Shown: piece after piece, positions 51,660 through 62,110 of the stretch
How positions within the stretch are numbered: the first letter of the stretch is position 1
Layout: every line of letters begins with the position of its first letter
Source: an uncultured Candidatus Rokubacteria bacterium
Lineage (GTDB): Bacteria; Methylomirabilota; Methylomirabilia; Rokubacteriales; DASRDR01
Length of the DNA stretch: 64,000 bases
Assembly: GCA_963805625.1 (NCBI GenBank)
Contig: CAWDVE010000017.1
Coordinates: forward strand, 480,001 to 544,000
Direction: 5' to 3'
Program-made: the position numbers and the translations under genes
Notes under the pieces: model-generated
Databases searched by the model: none
Seen by the model: the letters and a program-made list of their open reading frames with translations, nothing else
What the model was told of the DNA's origin: nothing

Positions 51660-52849
51660 GCAAGCCATTCGCCGGCGTCCGCATCCTCGACTTCACCCGC
51701 TATCTCGCCGGCCCGTACGGCACCTACCAGCTGGCCCTCCTCGGCGCCGACGTGATCAAGATCGAGTCGCGCGACGGCGACGAGACCCGCAGCCAGCCCG
51801 TCTCCAAGGTGTGGGCGGACCGCAGGATGCCGCCGAGCTTTCTGGCCGTCAACGGCAACAAGCGCAGCATGACGCTCGACCTGCGGCGGCCGGAGGCGGT
51901 CGTGGTCGTCAAGCGGCTCGTCTCCAACGCCGACGTCGTGTGGGAGAACTTCCGCCCCGGCGTGATGGACAAACTCGGCCTCGGCTACGACACCCTCGCG
52001 GCACTCAACCCGCGGCTCATCTATTGCGCGGTCTCCGGATTCGGCCACACGGGACCGGAGCGGACCACGGCCGCCTTCGACGGCAAGCTGCAGGCGATGT
52101 CCGGGATCATGTCGATCACCGGCGAGCCGGACGGCGGCCCGATGCGCGCGGGTTTCGCCATCTGCGACACGATCGGCGGCATGACCGCGGCGCTGGCAGT
52201 GGCGAGCGCGCTCTACCAGCGCACGCACACCGGCCGCGGCCAGTTCGTCGACGTGGCCATGCTCGACGCCGCGCTCGCCTTCATCCCGGGGCCGGTGTCG
52301 GAGTACACCGTGGCCGGCATCGAGCAGACGCAGATCGGTAACGGCTCGGTGAGCCGCAAGCCCACGGCCAATCGCTTCCGGGCCAGGGGCGGCTACATCG
52401 TGCTCGCCGTGCTCACCGAGAAGCAGTTCGTGAGCCTCATGACGACGATCGGGCGCCCCGACGCGCTCCTGGACCCTCGCTTCAAGGACTGGGCGGCGCG
52501 GATGGAGCACGTGGCGCCGCTGCGCGAGGTGATCGAGGGCGCGCTGGCCAGGGACGACCCCAAGACCTGGGAGACGCGGCTGACCGCCGCCGATGTGCCG
52601 TGCGCGTGCATCTGGAAGATCGACGAGATCGTCGAGCATCCGCAGCTTGAGCACCGCGACGTGCTGCAGACGATCGACTCGCGCTACGGCCCTATGCGCC
52701 TCGTCGGCGCCGGCTTCCGCCTCGCCCACGGTACCCCGGGCCTCGACCGCCAGCCACCCACGCTCGGTGAGCACACCGACGAGATCCTGACCGAAGCCGG
52801 CTACACCGCCACGGAGATCGAGCAGCTGCGACGCGACTCCGTCGTATAG
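51656..52849 (+). CDS. Class III CoA-transferase (CaiB/BaiF)
   Basis: GVRILDFTRYLAGP, GADVIKIE, NKRS, ENFRPG and SGFG; GTGA overlap with the selenoprotein. Confidence 0.92.
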   Translation: MSKPFAGVRILDFTRYLAGPYGTYQLALLGADVIKIESRDGDETRSQPVSKVWADRRMPPSFLAVNGNKRSMTLDLRRPEAVVVVKRLVSNADVVWENFRPGVMDKLGLGYDTLAALNPRLIYCAVSGFGHTGPERTTAAFDGKLQAMSGIMSITGEPDGGPMRAGFAICDTIGGMTAALAVASALYQRTHTGRGQFVDVAMLDAALAFIPGPVSEYTVAGIEQTQIGNGSVSRKPTANRFRARGGYIVLAVLTEKQFVSLMTTIGRPDALLDPRFKDWAARMEHVAPLREVIEGALARDDPKTWETRLTAADVPCACIWKIDEIVEHPQLEHRDVLQTIDSRYGPMRLVGAGFRLAHGTPGLDRQPPTLGEHTDEILTEAGYTATEIEQLRRDSVV

Positions 52850-53317
52850 GAACGGGGGCCCTTCGAACGGATTCCAAGCCTCCGTGAGCGGGTCGGGACC
52901 GCCATCTTCGTGATTTCCGCTTTCTTCAAGCGAAGACTCCCGACGAGGAGGGGAGAACCAACCTGCGCTGACTCCCAGTCGTGTGAGCCCATCTCGCGTG
53001 ACTTCGTCGACGCGACGGTATCGAAGTCGCTCTCGTTCCGCCTCGAACGCGCTGCCGCCCGCAATATGTTCCTTGACTCGGCCCGCGTGAGATGGTCAGC
53101 ACTACACGTGTCCACGCGGCCAGCATCAGAGAGCGACGATGAGGCGCAGCTCCATACGGGCCGGTGCCGTGAATGCGAAAGGGGTCCTTCCACCAACACG
53201 CGGTGGCAACGGCGTGACTGGATCCCCGCGCGTGAGAGCGTCGGCGGGGTGGGGCGCTCGGCCGCCGCCGCCACGTGCCGAAGCTCGGGCGCGCAAGCCG
53301 TGGTGGTGTGCCTAGAG
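52330..53317 (+). repeat. Direct duplication, copy 1 (carries an extra ~310 bp at ~52876-53185)
   Basis: 52330-52875 and 53186-53317 match 57405-58071. Confidence 0.9.
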
Positions 53318-53560
53318 TGTCCCGGACCGCATTAGTGTTGACACTGTTGAGCGAAACGCAGGAGGGTCACCAGCCCTATCCTCTCCAGAGTGGGCATCCC
53401 GGCAAGGAAACCACCTGGGGAGGAGCGAGTGATGACCCTCGACGAGAGCATACAAGGGCTGCGGCTGCGCGTCATGCGGCGGGCCGAGCAGATCGGCAAT
53501 GTGAGCCAGGTCTGCACGGAGTTCGGGATCTCCTGGACGCTGTTCTGCCGGTGGCGGCGG
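53318..53560 (+). mobile_element. IS481-like left end and truncated HTH
   Basis: Begins with TGT; MTLDESIQGLRLRVMRRAEQIGNVSQVCTEFGISWTLFCRWRR. Confidence 0.7.
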
Positions 53561-53639
53561 CCCGGGATCCGACCCCGCCCAGTTAGGCCGCCCTCCGGTA
53601 ACCGGGGGGCTGAGTCGATGCGCAGACTGTCGGGCTGCC

Positions 53640-53667
53640 TTGACAGGCCCGGACCCGTGGCTATACT
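53640..53667 (+). promoter_or_regulatory. Sigma70-like promoter upstream of the tct operon
   Basis: TTGACA-N16-TATACT. Confidence 0.65.
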
Positions 53668-53975
53668 GGCCGCGCCATCGGGCGCCAGATGCCGTGCTAT
53701 TCTGCTCGAGCGATCCGTCCAGCCGGTCTTCGTCTTCTTCTCTTCCTCTGGGGCCCTGGCCGACCTGCGCGCGCTGGCGCGGAGGATGTAGTGGACCTGG
53801 TGCACCCGGCCGGGGCCCGGCCCTGGGCATTTCGGTCAAGCTTTCCGCCGCGCCCGGCGCGGCGGAGCGCGCGTTGCTGGCCGAGCGGGGCGACGGCGAG
53901 GGCGAGCGGCACCAGCTCCGGGGCGCGAGCGCCGGCGCCTCCCGGACAAACCCTGACTGGAGGAGGACAACGACA

Positions 53976-54974
53976 ATGCGACAGACTCGGATCCGACCTC
54001 TTGCGTGCCTCAGCGCCACGGTGGCGGTCCTCATGCTCGGCGTGGCGCTCGCCGGGAGCGCCCTGGCCCAGGCCAAGTATCCGACCCGGCCGATCGAGGT
54101 GGTGGTGCCCTACGCGCCCGGTGGCGGCACCGACAACCTCATGCGGATGATCGTCGGGATCATCGACGAGAACAAGTGGTCGCCGGAGCCGCTTAACATC
54201 GTCAACAAGGCCGGGGGAAGCGGCGCGGTCGGCTACAGCTACACGATCAGCAAGAAGGGCAATCCCTACGTGGTCTGTGGGGCCACTCCCACCATCGTCA
54301 GCGGCAAGCTCGAGGGCCGATTGCCGGGCGACCACCGGGACGCCCTTCCAATCATCATGATCGTGGCCATCGACGAGCTGATGCTGTCGGTTCGGGCCGA
54401 GTCCCCGTACCAGACCGTCGAGCAGTTCGTGAAGGCGGCCAAGGACAAGCCGGGCCAGCTGACGATGGGCGGCACCGCCACCAATTCCGAGGACCACATC
54501 TTTACCTATCTCTTCGAGAAGGCGGCCGGCATCAAGGTCAAGTACGTGCCCTTCAACTCCGGGGGCGAGGTGACGGCGGCCCTGATGGGCGGCCACATCG
54601 ACGCTGCGGTCGAGAACCCCAACGAAATCGTGGCCCAGATCGAGGCCAAGAAGGCCCGAAACCTGGCGGTGGCCGCCAAACAGCGGATGAAGGACGCCGC
54701 CGACGTGCCGACCTTCCGGGAGAAGGGCTACGACTTCCTGTGGGAGCAGATGCGCGGGGTGTGTGGCCCGGCCGACATGGGGGCCGAGGCCATCAAGTGG
54801 TGGCAGGACACCCTCCGGAAAGTCACCGAGACCCCCAAGTGGCAGACCCAGTACATCAAGCGGAACCTCCTGACCCCAGTCCAGTGGGTGGGCGAAGAGG
54901 CCAACGAGTACCTGGACAGCCTCCGGGGCAAGTACACGGACGCCCTCACCGCCCTCGGGGCCATCAAGAAGTAG
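53976..54974 (+). CDS. tctC: Tripartite tricarboxylate transporter substrate-binding protein
   Basis: Signal peptide, YPTRPIEVVVPYAPGGGTD, NKAGGSG and VPFNSGGE. Confidence 0.92.
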   Translation: MRQTRIRPLACLSATVAVLMLGVALAGSALAQAKYPTRPIEVVVPYAPGGGTDNLMRMIVGIIDENKWSPEPLNIVNKAGGSGAVGYSYTISKKGNPYVVCGATPTIVSGKLEGRLPGDHRDALPIIMIVAIDELMLSVRAESPYQTVEQFVKAAKDKPGQLTMGGTATNSEDHIFTYLFEKAAGIKVKYVPFNSGGEVTAALMGGHIDAAVENPNEIVAQIEAKKARNLAVAAKQRMKDAADVPTFREKGYDFLWEQMRGVCGPADMGAEAIKWWQDTLRKVTETPKWQTQYIKRNLLTPVQWVGEEANEYLDSLRGKYTDALTALGAIKK

Positions 54975-55026
54975 GCGCGACCGGGGTCGGGGCCCGTCCG
55001 GGACCCGACCCCTCCCGAGCCCCTCG

Positions 55027-55479
55027 ATGCGCTTCGCTGACCGCGTGGCCGCGGTGGCCCTGATCCTTCTCGCGGCCTGGTTCGTCGCCCTCGGGCGGCG
55101 CTTCCCCTACTGGCATCCCGACACCGGCCCCGGCTCCGGGTTCCTCCCGGTGTGGCTGGGCCTGGCCCTGGGGGTGCTGGCTGCCCTCCTGTTCCTGAAC
55201 GCCGGGGGCGCGACTCCCGGCGGCGCCTGGGCCCCCGGCCGGGTCGCCCTCCGGCGGCTCGCCCTCATCCTGGCGGCCAGTGTGGTCTTCGTGGCGGCCA
55301 TGGACACCGTGGGGATGATCGTGGGGACCGCCCTGTTCCTGGTCTTCGTGCTCCGGGTCGTTGAGCGCTATCGCTGGACGACCGTGGTGGGAGTGGCGGT
55401 GGCGGCGGCGGCCGCGAACTACCTGGTGTTCACCTACTGGCTGCGCGTCCCGTTCCCCACCGGCTTTCTGGGGGTCTGA
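55027..55479 (+). CDS. tctB: TTT small membrane subunit
   Basis: GPGSGFLP, four TM helices and LRVPFPTG. Confidence 0.88.
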   Translation: MRFADRVAAVALILLAAWFVALGRRFPYWHPDTGPGSGFLPVWLGLALGVLAALLFLNAGGATPGGAWAPGRVALRRLALILAASVVFVAAMDTVGMIVGTALFLVFVLRVVERYRWTTVVGVAVAAAAANYLVFTYWLRVPFPTGFLGV

Positions 55480-55598
55480 CCGGTGATGACCGCACCGGTC
55501 GTGCGTCCGCGTCCGGTCGGCCCCCAGGGCGGCGGGGGGGCAGCCACCCGCGAAGTGAGCCGGGGGGCAGGCGCCGAGCCTCCCCGCGGGGACTGACC

Positions 55599-57113
55599 GT
55601 GGACGAGATTCTCGGCAACCTGACCCTCGGCTTCTCGATCGCCCTCAGCCCCTTCAACCTCCTGATGGCTGCCGCGGGCGTCACCGTCGGCCAGCTCATC
55701 GGAGCCCTCCCCGGGATCGGTCCGGTCTCGGGGGTGGCGCTCCTCCTGCCGCTGACCTTCGGCATGCCCCCCACCTCCGGCATCATCATGCTGGCCGGGA
55801 TCTACTACGGCTCCCAGTACGGCGGCACCATCACGTCCGTCCTCATCAACACTCCGGGTGAGTCGGCCTCGGTCGTCACCTGCCTGGACGGTTACCAGAT
55901 GGCCCTCAAGGGTCGGGCCGGGCCGGCCCTGGGCATCGCCGCCTTCGGATCGTTCATCGCCGGGACGTTCGGGGTGGTCATGCTCATGCTGATGTCCCCC
56001 ACCCTGGCCCGGTGGGCGCTGTCGTTCGGCCCCCCCGAGACCTTCGCCCTGATGCTGCTGGGCCTGACCACGGTGACCGGGCTCACCGGGGAGAACGCCA
56101 TCAAGGGTTACATCAGCATGGTGCTGGGGTTGATGCTCGCCATGGTGGGCTTCGACATCATCTCCGGCGACCCGCGCTATGCCTTCGGCGTCAACGAGCT
56201 CCTGGACGGCTTCGACTTCCTGCCGGTGGCCATCGGTCTGTTCGGGATGGGCGAGGTGCTGGTGGGGGTCGAGCAGGCCCTGGACCTCAAGGTCCTCCAG
56301 GGACGGTACGGGATCCGGGACGTCCTGCCGACCGCCGCGGACTGGGCTCGCAGCCGGTGGGCGATCGCGCGCGGCACGGTGCTCGGCTTCTTCGTGGGCA
56401 TCCTGCCCGGGGCCGGCTCCACCATCGCCTCGTTCTTCTCCTACGCGGTCGAGCGGAAGTACTCGAAGCACCCCGAGGAGTTCGGGCACGGGGCCATCGA
56501 GGGGGTGGCCGGGCCCGAATCGGCCAACAACGCCGCCTCGGCCGGGGCCATGGTGCCCCTCCTGACCCTGGGCATCCCCGGCTCCGGCACCACCGCGATC
56601 CTGCTGGGCGGCCTCATGATGTGGGGCCTCCGCCCGGGGCCCCTCCTGTTCGAGAAGAACCCCGACTTCGTGTGGGGCCTCATCGCCTCCATGTACATCG
56701 GGAACGTGATCCTGGTCATCCTGAACATCGCCTTCATCCCCGTCTTCGTGCGGGCGCTGCGCATCCCCTACAGCATCCTGATGTCGCTGATCATCGTCTT
56801 CTGCATCACCGGCGCCTTCGCCGCCAACAACCGGGTGTGGGACGTCGGCGTGATGCTGGCCTTCGGGGTCCTGGGCTACCTCATGCGCAAGCTCGACTAT
56901 TCGGCGGCCGCCCTGACCCTGGCCTTGGTGCTCGGCCCCCTGGCCGAGCGGGCGCTCCGGCAGTCCCTCATCATCTCCGATGCCGGGGTGCTCATCTTCG
57001 TCCAGCGTCCCATCGCTGCGGTGCTGACCTCCCTGGCCATCCTGGCCGTCCTGGTCCCCACTGCCCGCGGCCTCTGGGCGCTGGCCCGGGGCCAGCGGAG
57101 CGTCCCGGCTTGA
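55599..57113 (+). CDS. tctA: TTT large permease
   Basis: GALPGIG, YGGTITSVLINTPG, PESANNA and LTLGIPGS. Confidence 0.95.
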   Translation: MDEILGNLTLGFSIALSPFNLLMAAAGVTVGQLIGALPGIGPVSGVALLLPLTFGMPPTSGIIMLAGIYYGSQYGGTITSVLINTPGESASVVTCLDGYQMALKGRAGPALGIAAFGSFIAGTFGVVMLMLMSPTLARWALSFGPPETFALMLLGLTTVTGLTGENAIKGYISMVLGLMLAMVGFDIISGDPRYAFGVNELLDGFDFLPVAIGLFGMGEVLVGVEQALDLKVLQGRYGIRDVLPTAADWARSRWAIARGTVLGFFVGILPGAGSTIASFFSYAVERKYSKHPEEFGHGAIEGVAGPESANNAASAGAMVPLLTLGIPGSGTTAILLGGLMMWGLRPGPLLFEKNPDFVWGLIASMYIGNVILVILNIAFIPVFVRALRIPYSILMSLIIVFCITGAFAANNRVWDVGVMLAFGVLGYLMRKLDYSAAALTLALVLGPLAERALRQSLIISDAGVLIFVQRPIAAVLTSLAILAVLVPTARGLWALARGQRSVPA

Positions 57114-57339
57114 CGGCCGGCCGCGGGCGCCCCGCGTCCCGCGGCCGCATGACCCGGGCCGGCTGTCCGCCTTCACAGCGGCGCCCGCCTCCCTACAGTT
57201 GGAGACCACGGCGTCGGGAGGGAGCGGATGAGGCGGCCGGCCGGATCGAGCGCGGCGGGCGGCGAACGATGCGCGACCTGCCCCGGAGACGCTCCGGTGT
57301 CCGGATCCTCCGTCGTCGCACGTACCTGACCCCGAGCGT

Positions 57340-57404
57340 GCCGCGGTATGGCCACCGAAGTACTCGAAGGCCCACTCGTGGGCGTCGAGGAACTGTGGCA
57401 AGGT
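57340..57404 (-). pseudogene. IS21 IstA-like fragment
   Basis: TLPQFLDAHEWAFEYFGGHT. Confidence 0.55.
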
Positions 57405-58071
57405 GCAGATCGGTAACGGCTCGGTGAGTCGCAAGCCCACGGCCAATCGCTTCCGGGCCAGGGACGGCTACATCGTGCTCGCGGTGCTGACCGAGAAGCA
57501 GTTCGTGAGCCTCATGACGACGATCGGGCGCCCCGACGCGCTCCTGGACCCTCGCTTCAAGGACTGAGCACGTGGCGCTGCTGCGCGAGGTAATCGAGGG
57601 CGCGCTGGCCAGCGACGACCCCAAGACCTGGGAGACGTGGCTGACCGCCGCCGATGTGCCGTGCGCGTGCATCTGGAAGATCGACGAGATCGTCGAGCAT
57701 CCGCAGCTTGAGCACCGCGACGTGCTGCAGACGAGCGACTCGCGCTACGGCCCTATGCGCCTCGTCGGTGCCGGTTTCCGCCTCGCCCACGGTACCCGGG
57801 CCTCGACCGCCAGCCACCCACGCTCGGCGAGCACACCGACGAGATCCTGACCGAAGCCGGCTACACCGCCACGGAGATCGAGCAGCTGCGACGCGACTCC
57901 GTCGTATAGGATCAGGGGACCCTTCGAACGGGTTCCGACCCCTTCCACCAACACGCGGTGGCAACGGCGTGACTGGATCCCCGCGCGTGAGAACGTCGGC
58001 GGGGCGTGGCGCTCGGCCACCGCCGCCACGTGCCGAAGCTCGGGCGCGCAACCCGTGGTGGCGTGCTAGAG
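57405..58071 (+). repeat. Direct duplication, copy 2: decayed CoA-transferase 3' half plus spacer
   Basis: Near-identical to copy 1; a 14-bp deletion near 57566 creates TGA, and there is a 1-bp deletion near 57797. Confidence 0.9.
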
Positions 58072-58917
58072 GGCGGTGATCAGGTACACGCCGAGGACGA
58101 TGAGCAGTGTTCCCGTGACGAGGCGAGCGTTGATGCGCTCGATGTCCCGGAGAAACACCCACGAGAGCGCGAGGACGAAGAGAGGCATGGTGCCGCTGAG
58201 CGGAGCCACCACGCTCACGGTACCCACCCGGAGCGCGAGGACGCCGAGGAGCACCCCGAAGTTCTCGAGGACGCCGGCGGCGATCAGGTAGCCGAGACTC
58301 GGTGGCTCGCACCGGAGGCGGCGCAGGTGGCCGGAGGCGGCGAGGAAGACGGTGAAGGCGACGAGGGCGGTGGTGACGTTGACAGCGAAGCCGAGGAGCG
58401 GTCCGGCGCCGCCCAAGCCTAGCTTCCGGAGGATCGCGACCGCGCCGAAGCACGCCGCCGAGAGAAAGGGAAAGACGAGCTGGGAGGGGCGGAAGCCGAG
58501 GATCCGGCCGCCTGCGGAGAGCAGCACCGTACCCGCCACGATGACCGCGGTGCCGGCGAGGATCGGCGCGGTCACCGATTCCCCGAGGAGGAGAATCGCG
58601 AGCCCCGCGGCGATGAAGGGGTGGAGGTTGGTCAGCGCCGCGGCGACTGACGCACCCATCCGGTCGATGCTCACGAAGCGCAGCAGCCGGCCTGCTGTCG
58701 TCCCGACGAGGCCCGCGAGGACGAAGTAGAGGATGCCGTGGAGCTCGGTTGGGCCTGATGGCGCCGCCACGAGCACGGCGAGCCAGAGGCCCGCAGTGCC
58801 TACGACGAGATTGATCCAATAGCTCGTGAACGCATCGGCCCCCCGGAAGCCCAGACGGATGAGGATGGTCGCGCCCGCAGTGACGACAGCACTCCCGAGG
58901 GCGAGGACGTGGACGAG
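58066..58917 (-). CDS. EamA/DMT transporter (start codon unclear)
   Basis: About ten TM helices; LLGE and FLRDIERI EamA repeat ends. Confidence 0.8.
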   Translation of the reverse strand, partial: LVHVLALGSAVVTAGATILIRLGFRGADAFTSYWINLVVGTAGLWLAVLVAAPSGPTELHGILYFVLAGLVGTTAGRLLRFVSIDRMGASVAAALTNLHPFIAAGLAILLLGESVTAPILAGTAVIVAGTVLLSAGGRILGFRPSQLVFPFLSAACFGAVAILRKLGLGGAGPLLGFAVNVTTALVAFTVFLAASGHLRRLRCEPPSLGYLIAAGVLENFGVLLGVLALRVGTVSVVAPLSGTMPLFVLALSWVFLRDIERINARLVTGTLLIVLGVYLITAL

Positions 58918-59591
58918 CTGGGGCAGGGAGCGTCCCCCTATCGGCGCCTGCGGGTGACGGGACGAGACGGGCCGGGCGACACGACTGGTCCCATGTATCC
59001 CGTATGGCCATCGAGTGCAAGACGTCCAGGAGATGACGGGTCCGGAGGAGCGAGCGATGGCTCTCGCAGTCGTGCTTGTCCGCGAACGGGCGACCGCCAC
59101 CGCCGTCTGGACGTCCTCAGGCGCCACGATTGTGGAAGCACACAGGGGGCCAGACCTTGTGATGGTCACACCTAGATTGGCAACGTATAGCACAGTCAAG
59201 GAAATTCAGGTTTCTCCGCGGCATGCTATCTGCAGACCTTGGAAGGCACTTTGGCGCGGGATCGCCGAGTCTGGTGATCGGAGCAGGATGCTCGAGTTAC
59301 CTTCCGCCGGAGGCGAAGTCCCTCGCGGCCTCAGCGAGGGCGATCCCCGCCCGCCACCATCATGGGCGTTGACGGCCAGGCCGTGCTGACCGTAGAGTGC
59401 GGTTCACTCGAGACGGACGGGATCCTCCGAGAGGCGCTTCACCATCGAGACAGGCGACCGCGCGATGAGCAATCCCGTGTCAGGCCTTCGCCACCCAACC
59501 CTTCGGGGCCGCCGACGATTCGGCACACGGATCAACCCGGCATGTCGCAGGAAGTCACGCTCCGCTTGGATGGAAGGGAGGTTCAGGATCA

Positions 59592-61600
59592 ATGATCACA
59601 CGACGCACGTTCCTGAAATACAGCGCTGGCGGCACGATGCTCACGCTGTTCGGCTTCGACAAGGTTACCGGCCTCGCGAAGGCGCTCGCTTCGATCCCGG
59701 GGGGCTCACTCGACCCGTCCACGATCCTGAAGTACCAGACCCCGCTGCTCATCCCGCCGGTCATGCCCAAGGCCGGAACGATCGTCCTGCAGGGCGGCCC
59801 GAACGCCGACTACTACGAGATCTCGATGCGGCAATTCAAGCAGCAGATCCTGCCGGCCGGCTTTCCACAGACGACCGTCTGGGGCTACGGCGCGGTGACG
59901 TCCGCCAGCAAGAAGGGCCTGCTGCTCCACCACGCGCCATCGCTCACGATCGAGGCGCACTGGAAGCGCCCCGTCCGCATCAAGTGGATCAACGAGCTGG
60001 TGGATGCTGCGACCGGCGACTACCTGCCCCACCTGCTCCCAGTTGACCCGACGCTCCACTGGGCCAACCCGCCCGGCGGCACGGCGGCGCGCGACACGCG
60101 GCCCGATTTCACCGGCAAGACCTACGTGCCGCTGGCCGAGTTCAACGATCCCACCACGCAATACACGCAGTACACGGGCCCGTGCCCATCGTCACTCACG
60201 TCCACGGCGCCGTCGGCGTGGACGACGAGAGCGACGGCTACGCCGAGGCGTGGTACCTGCCCACGGCGGACAACATCCCCGAGGGCTACGCGACCGAGGG
60301 CACCTGGTATGGCTTCTTCGCCGACAAGGCCGAGGCGCAGTTCGAGGTCACGTGGGGGCCGGGGTTCGCCGTCTTCCAGTACCCGAACGCGAATCGCGCC
60401 TCGACCATCTGGTACCACGACCACGCGCTGGGCATGACGCGGCTCAACGTCTACGCCGGCCCGGCCGGCTTCTACATCATCCGCGGCGGTCCGGCAGGCG
60501 ACGATGCCGTGCTCGACAGCCGCTTCGGCACGCCGGCCATGCTTCCGGGTCCAGCGCCCAAGCCGGGGGATAAGTTCCCACCGAACAAGACCTACTACGA
60601 GATCCCGATCGCCATCCAGGACCGCTCGTTCAACAGCGACGGCTCGCTCTTCTACCCGGACACTCGCGCCTTCTTTCAGGATGTCCCCGCAGGAGGGCCC
60701 TTCATCCCGCTCTCCGACATCTCGCCGATCTGGAACCCCGAGTTCTTCGGCAACTGCATCATGGTGAACGGCAATACCTGGCCGTTCCAGACCGTCGAGC
60801 AGCGACGCTACCGCTTCCGCTTCCTGAACGGCTGTCAATCGCGCTTCCTGATCCTCGTCTTCGACAACCTCCCCGGCGTCGAGGTGTGGCAGATCGGCAA
60901 CGAGGGCGGCTTCCTGGCGGCGCCGGTGAACCTCACCGCGGTGAACGCCAACAAGCTCCTGATGGGCCTGGCCGAGCGCGCAGACGTCATCGTCGACTTC
61001 ACCAACGTCCCGGTCGGCAACTACGTCCTCGGGAACGTGGGCCCGGACGAGCCGTTCCCGGACGTAGATGAGGATTTCCCGGCCGCCGACCCGCTTACGA
61101 CCGGCCAGGTGATGGAGTTCCGCGTCGTCCCGGCGGTGGCACCTGATCCGACCACCCCGCCGCAGTTCCTGGTCCTGCCAGCCATTACTCCACTGCCACC
61201 CGAGTCGGTGACTCGACCGCTGGCTCTGCTCGAAGAAGTCTCGGCGTTCTCCGATGACGCCCCTGCGGAGACGCGGCTCGGCACGATAGAAGGCGATCCC
61301 AACGCGGGTCCGGGTACCTGGACTGCGAGACGGTGGAAAGACCCGGTCACCGAGAACCCGGCCGTCGGCGCGACCGAGGTCTGGGAGTTCTACAATGCAA
61401 CGGCGGACGCCCACCCGATCCACGTCCACGAGGTCGTCTTCGAGGTGGTCAACCGGCAGGCGATCTCTGTCGACGAGAGCGATCAGACAGTCCAGGTCGA
61501 ACCCGGATCGGATCCGACGCCGCCGGAACCGTGGGAGACGGGCTTCAAGGACACCGTTATCGCCTATCCCGAGCAGGTCACGCGCGTGCAAAGTACCTTC
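59592..61600 (+). pseudogene. Tat-exported multicopper oxidase (CotA/bilirubin oxidase-like), frameshifted and 3' truncated
   Basis: TRRTFLK signal; THVHG, WYHDH and HPIHVH; frameshift near 60180; the final HCHxxxHxxxxM motif is absent. Confidence 0.85.
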
Positions 61601-61685
61601 CAGGTAATTGATTCGTTCGCGGGCCGCGTGGACGATGCCGACAGGAGCTGGTGGACTCTTCAGGCGCCGGACACGGAGGCCCCTC

Positions 61686-61940
61686 ATGCGGACATACCAT
61701 ATCGGTGATCCCCGGGCCGAGGCGTACCTCCTGAAAGTCGAAGAGATGCTGGCAGAGGCTCGCGCCTTCAGCGCCCGACGGGCGCTCCTCCGCGATGCGC
61801 GTCCGCCGCGCCGCAAGGCGCGGGTCTGGCTGGGCTCCGTCCTGCTCGCGGTCGGCCACCGCCTTCTCCAGTCAGTCCCCAGGCCCGCGGCCTCCGGCGT
61901 AGGCGCTCCAGCCGAAGGATCTCGGCCTTCAGGTCCTTGA
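61686..61940 (+). CDS. Small hypothetical protein
   Basis: GGAGG RBS; RVWLGSVLLAVGHRL amphipathic helix. Confidence 0.5.
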   Translation: MRTYHIGDPRAEAYLLKVEEMLAEARAFSARRALLRDARPPRRKARVWLGSVLLAVGHRLLQSVPRPAASGVGAPAEGSRPSGP

Positions 61941-62110
61941 TCCCCCATGGCGAATCGTGTGACACGTGAGACGTGGTGTGACACGCAACGCTCATCGCGC
62001 GCAGTCGAACGAACCCCACCGCGCTCGATCCAGGATCTCGCGGTGACCTGCGGCAGAGGCGGCGGGGGCCGGGACCGGCGCGCAACACGCTCCGCGTGCC
62101 GCTCTCAGGG

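Noticed and set aside
59178-59193. Sigma54-like TTGGCAACGTATAGCA
   Set aside because: GG-to-GC spacing is 9 nt rather than the required 10.
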